From contig JACQPN010000012.1 in the NCBI GenBank assembly GCA_016207515.1, positions 31,759 to 95,758 of the forward strand: a DNA stretch of 64,000 nucleotides. The letters run 5' to 3'. Source of the DNA: Methanobacteriota archaeon. Its GTDB lineage: Archaea; Thermoplasmatota; SW-10-69-26; JACQPN01. Position numbers and translations under genes: made by a program. How positions within the stretch are numbered: position 1 is the stretch's first letter; each line of letters starts with the position of its first letter. Under the pieces are notes generated by a model that was not told the origin of the DNA, did not search any database, and saw nothing but the letters and a program-made list of their open reading frames with translations. This document shows positions 11,101 to 16,900 of the stretch, piece after piece.

Positions 11101-11925
11101 CGGCCACCGATCGCATCGCTCATCGGGCCGTCGATACTTCGCTTGGGGCAGGTCGGAACATTCACGAGCACTTCCACGGACCCCGACGGCCAATTGGCGG
11201 GCGAGGACTGGAGCTTCGACGACGGGGCCACGGCCGCGGGCAAGACGGTGACGCATGCATTCGCGACCGAGGCTTCACACTACTACACTTTGACCGTGAC
11301 CGACCCCGAAGGCGCGTCCGCTTCCATCACGAGGAGCGTGATCGTCGACGGCACGGCACCGGTCACGACCGCAGCGGCCACGGGGACGCGATCCCCGTCC
11401 GGTTGGTACACGTCAAGCGTTTCCGTGACGCTCCTCGCCTCCGACTCCGGCGGTTCTGGTCTCCTGGCGACCTACTACCGGTGGAACGGCGGGAACCGCA
11501 TCGGCTACAATCCGTCGACCGGCATCAACGTCCCGACCGACGGGACGACGTCGATCGCGTTCTGGTCCGAGGACCGCGCCGGGAACGCGGAGTCGTCAGG
11601 CCTCATGACCATCCGGATCGACAGGACGGCGCCGGTCGCGTCAATCACATCGCCTTCGACGTTGGCCGGTACTGACGTCGGAATCGTGGAGCCGGGCCCG
11701 GTGAACTTCACGGCCGACGTAAGCGATGGCACGGGATCGGGCGTAGCGCAAGTGAAGTTCTACGTGGATGGGGTGCTCGTCAAGGTGCAGACCGGAAGCG
11801 GGCCTTACTATCACCTTTGGGACGCTTCGACGGCAACGCCCGGTCGGCACGTCTTGGAGGTGCGGGCCATCGACGCCGTGGGCTTCGCAAGGTCGGAATC
11901 GGTGAGCGTCATCAGGAGACCATAG
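5158..11925 (+). CDS. Giant secreted multidomain protein: SBBP-type propeller with an inserted Kelch propeller, beta-helix regions, PKD/Ig domains, shared C-terminal Ig module
   Basis: Signal peptide ending ASA; FEENLGQ...IDPLVYSTFYGG; SxDFPTT/DAFV repeats; six YIFGG...YDP Kelch blades; WDFSDG PKD motif; TTATAA at 5021-5026. Confidence 0.9.
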   Translation: MRRRAGGSKARAFSTIIAVALLATPGSTAFFPGEASAAPAEGHEAEGSETAFPSAVENVPPVVSDLLGRVGLPKAPFASPGGPPTPVTEQSFVPPTPDPVGFEENLGQVDPRVRFTLRDGGSMLYLLDDSFVLRLIDVSKRDENGAPAESTMSVVSFTMEGVAPGLRPAASASLPMTGNHFIGSDPHGWVSGAAHYERVTYASVYEGIDLVFRSTAAGPEYDFVLRPGADADQIRLRIDGTDGILIDPMGELVVKTGAGEIRHAKPSVYQVSDAGRVDVPGSFFMISEDTVGFQTLWKDAAAELVIDPLVYSTFYGGTGDDVAEAVAIGSDGSTYFAGWTWSSDFPTTTGSYSASKPTDIYGCGCQYVFFITKFNAAATSVEFATYVGDSVGLDPTHVGMALDGADRVYVTGATYGPDYPLVNPVENPPSGIDRVRAVVSKLSADGSTLLFSTTIGEGSSSKGHALVVADDGTIWVAGDAREGFPTTPDAIDSAYAGAGYDQGDAVLARLDPAGSIVYATYLGGLSDDEINTLSVSPDGRITVAGDTRSATFPTTAGAFMERGPSLPRVSAEAASATIGDHTYIFGGLECLGNGFSYCDDVVRFGAADLSAEVMTARFPTGFSLAAGASDRTYGYAIGGFDVVSCGEGCYTGAWSGAIRRYDPTADAVAIMGASVEPRAGAAAVGLGDYVYIFGGTYDYFYPTRSDILRYDPATDTVETMGATLPSPNGWEGWGDGPAATDGSSIYLFAGQRPGSMLDTIMRYDPSTDSLTTMTAAFPAPLARASALWTGTAFYIFGGVTECEGCYLTPVDTVYRYDPLTDTLTTVAGTLPTTLYSASATWDGTNAYLLGGFAGWQLSFGVLRFDPVFGATSGLTNGGGRDAFVAEIAGNGTSLAWSTLLGGDTDDALNAMAFDGNGQILVAGSTYSLDFPTQFAFDSTRAGSGEVPSQDAFLSRLSSTGNALLYSTFLGGEEDDAANAVGIDGFGNMYVAGKTHSGDFPVTANAEQGTFASYYFYNSDAFLSELDPLGASLVYSSFLGGRETDVANAMAMDEFGNLILVGTTGSSDFPVANAIQPENAGGSGMDAFVTKIPFLGGGVGNGNNGNNFPTIQDAINNSRPGDTIYIAPGTYLEALTVDKNRWGEDLTDLFLCGATEAGVRGCGGFSNEGPKVIVDATGISDTVIDVSAGGFTSLTVRYQHLGPAEGDEVVGARFNDVYYPQFNTNWIVVQGGGCTQAQVAAGQCDQAGGARVYGVKGRTLGGFLAYNTVSADVPLADGSIGGTSGFKGWFYYTGLRGNTVKGWTTAAFEVTDVVNIIEDGVVDTNSVGVLLCGTTYSVIVNNDFKNNGAALSYCATNVSVPNYIHFNKFETSNAIGASVPDGVEGQVIDLRANDWQIYRHTGIGPRVADSGTGNTVKYVPFMLVDGSIEPPLVVVSPYPHWSCDYSWAEVIIVYDNYWDYHCAFTSIDGALQFAQSGDTMIAPGSIYPTSPTPRLENVTIESNAPFFEESSRLDGVRICSSTRDNNTACNPSAGINVVDSSGSGKPAFTVGEVEGVLIDGFTFTGASPVFSSEGSTAMEVRDSTFAVSASATQARHGAILRDTTDAVLRFNRVLGNMYPGSIGIGAYDSVDPTVSLNNIDQSGTGVYFSGVVGGEARGNVIRVAPASQFGGQSLGVSFFTGTGQAARYNTFEGTGIGLTVKGATEVYAHSNTWNAVPTGIRLSASWAPIDAAQPDGILLRYNRLDGAATKLLIEPGVAGLAVDARYNHWGAYSRDTIEATIEDAGTGDSVDVSCFYDLDGTHTVCPPTPSFDVSPATGHWRTAFTFTDTSTPGGRAIDSWDWDFSDGSTAAGSTVSHTFARSGVLQATLTIEDAEGYVESTTRDVTVTNAAPVLQPVGAKTIAEASELRFYVQGSDPDGDSLTFVASDLPAGASLSNLPDGRGLFAWTPSFSQAGVHRVTLGVTDGDLTGSEAVDITVGNVDRPPIASLIGPSILRLGQVGTFTSTSTDPDGQLAGEDWSFDDGATAAGKTVTHAFATEASHYYTLTVTDPEGASASITRSVIVDGTAPVTTAAATGTRSPSGWYTSSVSVTLLASDSGGSGLLATYYRWNGGNRIGYNPSTGINVPTDGTTSIAFWSEDRAGNAESSGLMTIRIDRTAPVASITSPSTLAGTDVGIVEPGPVNFTADVSDGTGSGVAQVKFYVDGVLVKVQTGSGPYYHLWDASTATPGRHVLEVRAIDAVGFARSESVSVIRRP

Positions 11926-11933
11926 ACTCTCCT

Positions 11934-12287
11934 CACGACCGCGCCGGAAACCTCGAGACGCAACGCACGACGAGTTTCACCATCGACGTCTCGCCGCCCA
12001 TTGTGGAGATCACGAACCCGACGGACCTACTCGACACCGGCATCGCGCTACAGGTCGGCGGCGAGGTGGTGGAATTCACCGCGACGGCAAGCGACGCGGG
12101 AAGCGGTATCGCGGCCGTGAAGTTCTACGTGGACGGGGTAATCGTGAAAATCGACACGTCAGGGGGCCCGTACTCCTACGCGTGGGATAGTTCGACCGCC
12201 TCGACGGGACGGCACGTCCTCTCGGTCAAGGCGATAGACGGGGTCGGGAGGATCCCGGAGGAATCGATCGACGTCGTGAAGATTTGA
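11934..12287 (+). pseudogene. Orphan C-terminal module (no start codon), homologous to the C-termini of the 2255-aa and 3958-aa proteins
   Basis: HDRAGNLE...SDAGSGIAAVKFYVDGVIVKIDTSGGPYSYAWDSSTASTGRHVLSVKAIDGVG...SIDVVKI* aligns with both C-termini. It begins 9 nt after the 11925 stop, in a different frame. Confidence 0.8.
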
Positions 12288-12364
12288 CCACCACGGGATG
12301 GGTAAAGCCCATTTCTCGCGACGGCCAGCCGACGTCATAATTCGTGCCATCAAGTTATCCCATC

Positions 12365-12690
12365 ACCGCGGCCACGTGGCCCGGCCATAGGGGCGGTCGG
12401 ACAAGCGCTGACCACCAACGTGGGCCAAAAAACACGGCAAGCTTCGCGAGTTTGGCAAGTCGATTATCGCGTACGTCGAAGCAACGGTTTCAACACCAGC
12501 GTGAAGCAGTAATACACCCCAAGTGGAAGCGGCGTGAGTCGTCACGTGATTGGCGTCGGTGTCGCGAACCAATCGATGAATGGGGCACGCCTTGGAACGC
12601 CGGCCGGGCCCAACGGCATGATGCTCGCCAAACCCGATTTCCTAGGGGCGCTTCCGGATGATGGCGCGGGTCAAGAATCCCAATGCGCTT
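12365..12690 (+). pseudogene. Degenerate relic of the pseudo-subtilase segment of the 13945 gene
   Basis: Reads LREFGKSIIAYVEA/NGFNTSVKQ*YTPSGSGVSRHVIGVGVANQSMNGARLGTPAGPNGMMLAKPDFL, with a frameshift and a TAA, versus LRDLGTLIIAPVEANDFSTTVTQYYTAGGIGISRHVIGVGVANQS... in the intact gene. Confidence 0.85.
12555..12643 (+). repeat. 89-bp direct repeat, copy 1 (copy 2 at 15529-15617)
   Basis: 87/89 identical; mismatches at 12572 and 12581. 12582-12643 is a 62-bp perfect match. Confidence 0.95.
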
Positions 12691-12696
12691 GAGAAT

Positions 12697-13845
12697 CTAC
12701 GGGCCCGCGGTCGGGCTGGCCGAGGTAAGCCAGGGGCTAAACGAGGGGGCTTGAGCTCCAGCCAGGCATTTCGTTACCGCGTCACCGCTTCCGCTTCCAA
12801 GGCCGCTTGGGCCCGACGAGTCTCCCCACCAGTTGTTCGTCCAGTTCAGGACGTTGGAAGAGCACGTTCTTAGTCCGTAGTTCGAGTTTCCGAAGATGTT
12901 GTTCCCGGAATAGGAATAGGTGCTGGTTCCACCACCGATATCGATGCCGCCGCCGGAATTGTAGGAGACGATGTTATCATCCACATGGGCGCCGCTCGAC
13001 CCAGTGTAAATGCCGACTCCGGTGTTGTTCGTGACGAGGTTGTGGCTGATGGTGACGTTGGTGTAGGAGCCCAAGAAAACGATGCCGCGAGCCGCGGCGG
13101 CCGTGACGGTATTCCCGTCAGCTACGACATTCGAACAGGCCAACACAATCCCGGAGTGACTCGAAGTGGTGACGCTATTGGCAGAAACATTCGTCCCGCC
13201 GCACGCCGCCACACTCACGCCGCTATAGCAACCTGAGACGGAATTGCTGCCGACCATTGAACCGCTGCTCGTCCCACTTATCAGAATACCAATGGACCCC
13301 ACCGAGCCAGCCGCACACTCCACCGTGTTCCCACTCACGCTCACCCCAGCGCTGTCGTGCACGAAGATGCCGTCACCAGATTGCACGCCGACCAAGTAAC
13401 TTCCCGCGGGCCCGATGGTGTTAGACTCGATTCGGACGTTCGCCGAGTCCTCCACGTAAATCTCCGCAAGTTTGTGGTGGCTGACGACGTTGTTCCGAAT
13501 AACGACGTAGGCCGTAGTTTGGATTATGGTGATGCCGCCGCACACGTCCTCGAAGGTTGAGCACTCTGGTGAGAGCGCCCCGTCAATGCTCCAACCCTCG
13601 ATCACGTAGGGGTTGGCCGCCGTACCGCATCCACCCACGACGCCGTTCGCCGCGTTTGGAACGCAAGAGACGCCCAGGCCCGCGTTTCCGATTATCAGTA
13701 TCGCTGGCCGTGAGATGGGGGCTGCGGCGGCGAGTCCTGGCAAAAAAATACTGACGAGCAAGACAAATGTGCATAACGTCACTCCGAAGCTCGAAAGCCT
13801 CCCGCCAGTCACGTCCTGAAAGTAGCCGTGGGAGTATTTCAACAT
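12697..13845 (-). CDS. Secreted right-handed parallel beta-helix (NosD/CASH-like) protein, cassette copy 1
   Basis: Hydrophobic signal; GCGTAANPYVIEGWSI; repeated GIxxxxSxNxxIxxNxx; C-terminal NNWWGDSSGPS...PWL. Start moved to the ATG at 13845 (MLK, as in the paralog). Confidence 0.85.
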   Translation of the reverse strand: MLKYSHGYFQDVTGGRLSSFGVTLCTFVLLVSIFLPGLAAAAPISRPAILIIGNAGLGVSCVPNAANGVVGGCGTAANPYVIEGWSIDGALSPECSTFEDVCGGITIIQTTAYVVIRNNVVSHHKLAEIYVEDSANVRIESNTIGPAGSYLVGVQSGDGIFVHDSAGVSVSGNTVECAAGSVGSIGILISGTSSGSMVGSNSVSGCYSGVSVAACGGTNVSANSVTTSSHSGIVLACSNVVADGNTVTAAAARGIVFLGSYTNVTISHNLVTNNTGVGIYTGSSGAHVDDNIVSYNSGGGIDIGGGTSTYSYSGNNIFGNSNYGLRTCSSNVLNWTNNWWGDSSGPSGLGSGSGDAVTKCLAGAQAPSFSPWLTSASPTAGP

Positions 13846-13900
13846 TCTCCGAATCGCCTGTTTGCTATCGCGCTCCAAGACTTCGCCGAAAAGCACAAAC

Positions 13901-13927
13901 TTTATAAGCGCGCGCGCGCGCGTGTAT
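13901..13927 (+). promoter_or_regulatory. TATA box (TTTATAAG) directly followed by a (CG)7 tract
   Basis: TTTATAAG at 13901-13908, (CG)7 at 13909-13922, ATG at 13945. Confidence 0.6.
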
Positions 13928-13944
13928 TTGTTGGGGGCAAGAAA

Positions 13945-16900
13945 ATGGGGCGGGCTAAGCCTAGAGCAATAATAATTACGTTCATCATTCTATTTTCTGG
14001 ATTTTCCTTTCCTCTTGATGTTGAGCCGCTACAGTTAGCTCCGGTAGCAAGCGCGGGGCACGGTGGTCCCCATCCCGAACTGAAGCAAGTCGTCACGGAC
14101 CCACCCAATCCGAATTCCACGACTGACGTGTACCTGAAGGCGGAGTGCTCAAATTGCAGCGAAATCAGTCTTGAATGGTTCGTCGACGGCGTGAAGTCAG
14201 ACGATGCCCAAATCTCATTTGAGAGCATCCCTCCGGACGGGGTTTTCAATTTCAAGTATTCACTGATTCCGGCGAGCCAGCTCAAGTACGGTGCGAACGT
14301 CACTTGGACGGCGAACGCCACATTGACCGCTCTCCTGACCGATTCCAAATCGGGGTACTTCGTCGTCGGCAACAGCCACCCGGTCGCGACCGTTCACCCG
14401 CTGCTTAAGTCTCAAGGATTCTCCGTCAATCGATTTCAATCGCTTGATTTGGAGACATTCTACAATAGGGAGTACCGCGACGGTAATTGGACCTATTGGC
14501 AGGACACCGTGAAAGTGCAGGACAAGGAGCAGGACGACAATGAGTCGTTCGCGATCCAGCAGAATCTCTCGTACAATTGGGATTTCAAGGAGGGAAACTT
14601 CAGCGCGTTCTCGAACTCGTCACGGGCCAGTCACGAGTGGCGGGACCTAGGGGATTATCAGGTCCGCGTCACCGTGAAGGATTGGAGCAAGGCGACTGGC
14701 GCGCAATTGAATTCCACCACGGCCGATATTCCGGTCCATGTTCGAAACCAGCCGCCTTCCCTAACATTTCTTGAAGCCCGTGAGATGCCCGCGATGGATT
14801 CGGACACATCTACGATCGCGGACGACGATGTCGACACGACCGACGTCCTGCGCGTGAAGGTCCATTGGTCGGATGGGGACGCTGCGACTGGCGCGGATCA
14901 AGTGTTTCTTGATTTCTACGATGTAAGCGCCACCGCCGCCGCACTGAACGCTACACGAGAGGTGAACGCGACGGGTGTTGGAGCGAACGTGTCGGTCGTT
15001 GAATTACCACTGGTGGATTTCAAGGCGTCGAGGCTTCGCGTGTGCATCCGCGACAGGGTCACCACATTGCCCGTCAACGGAGCCATCCCGTTGCAAGCTG
15101 GACGCAACCTCACGCTAGCGGGGAAGATCTGCCTCACCACAGAGATCCTTCAGAAATTCAACCCCCTTGACCTACGCGGGATCGACGTCGTCCACTTCGT
15201 GTCGGGCGATGCGCCGTTTTCCACCACGGGCAACGTCACTGATATTTGGACGAAGGTGCCGTTGGATGTCTCCACGCCGCACGAGCGGAACGAGACCATC
15301 CGGTTCTTCAATGAGAATCTCACGAAACTCATGAATGGTCGACCGCCTCGGGTACTGGCGATTGAAAGCCTCGGATACCCGTTGACCGACGAGGTGAACG
15401 CGAAGCTCGGTCTCCTGCGCGATTTGGGCACGTTGATAATCGCGCCCGTCGAAGCGAACGATTTCAGCACAACGGTGACGCAGTACTACACGGCGGGCGG
15501 AATCGGCATCAGCCGCCACGTCATCGGGGTCGGTGTCGCGAACCAGTCGATGAACGGGGCACGCCTTGGAACGCCGGCCGGGCCCAACGGCATGATGCTC
15601 GCCAAACCCGATTTCCTCGTCGCGCTTCCTGATAACATGGCTATGGCGCAAGCTCAAGTGCAGGCCGTGCGGAACGTCACGGATTTGGCCGCGATCCTCA
15701 TGCTCAAGGGGATTACAGACCCGTTCATCATCGAAGAATACCTTCGGACCATCGCCGTGCCGTCGTGGAACGGCGTCGACGCTATCGACAATGCGTGGCG
15801 CCAGGGTTATGGAATCCTTAACACGACGAACATCCTCGGCTTCGTCTCCAACGCGACTTTCAGCCCGCAAAACCTCAGCAAGGATCACAATCTCTCCGTT
15901 TGGGGAAATTCCTCGAAGCTCAACCACATCGTCGACCTTGCACCGGTCCTTCTCAATCCCTCCGCCGACTTCGGGGTCACGACGCGAGAGAACGCCACGA
16001 CGGCGCACTTGAAGCTCGTGAACCCGTCCATGGTGTTGCCAAGTCTCGGAGATCAACTCTTGGGGTCTCCGCGCGCCCTGCTCGACAAAGGTTTGCTGCC
16101 CAACACCGTCTTCGCCTCGGAGAAGAAGGTTCGCATCAACGTCACGTTCTACCACTTCCCCGAAACCCTGTTGAACAATGCGAGCGAGGCGATGCGCGGC
16201 CTCGGCCACGAATCCGCCGTTTGGAGCCTCATGGGAAGCAACACGACGGACCCGAACCTGACCGTGAACACGACCTCGGACATCCTTTCAGACTTGAATT
16301 CGAGCCGCGGAAGCCTGGACCACCCTTTGAAGCCGTATTATTTCATCCCCGAGACGACCGCGACGGTCGGCGGTGACTTCGCGGTCACCCGGATTTCTCC
16401 CTATGTCGAACCGCTCCTGGAAGCGGCCGACATCGCCTTGGACCGGACCAAGTACCTCGGGTTCTCGTCGGAATCGCCGTTGAACGCCTCGACGCGTTTC
16501 GCCATCCAGCAGCACCGGCTTGGTCTCGTCGCGCTTCGCGCTAATCTCACGAACGTCGGGGACTTGGATCGCGTCACCGGAAACGTGAGCCTCCTAAAGG
16601 TCAAGCTCACGAATCTCGTGGCGATAGTCCCTTCGGACCCCGTGTTGAAGCCCTTGAATGACACGGTGAGGAATTACACGGAGCAATTGGCGTTGTTCGC
16701 GAGTCGGACCGTGGGCGCCGTCACATCACTGGGGGACGAGACGTTTGTGGATCTCACGACGGAGGCCGAAAAGACCACGCAAGCACCCTACGGTCACTAT
16801 TTCGGCGTCGTCCGCGTCATCGCGGAGGACATCTGCAACAACTCCACCGCGACGGGACAGGATCAGACCTGCAAAACGATCATCAAAACGGCGCCGACTG

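Noticed and set aside
11817..11933. Programmed -1 frameshift extending the 2255-aa protein into the orphan module
   Set aside because: The frame is open, but there is no X-XXY-YYZ slippery site, and the product would contain a partial domain.
12555..15617. Diversity-generating retroelement TR/VR pair
   Set aside because: Mismatches are not adenine-specific, indels are present, the target is mid-gene, and there is no reverse transcriptase in the window.
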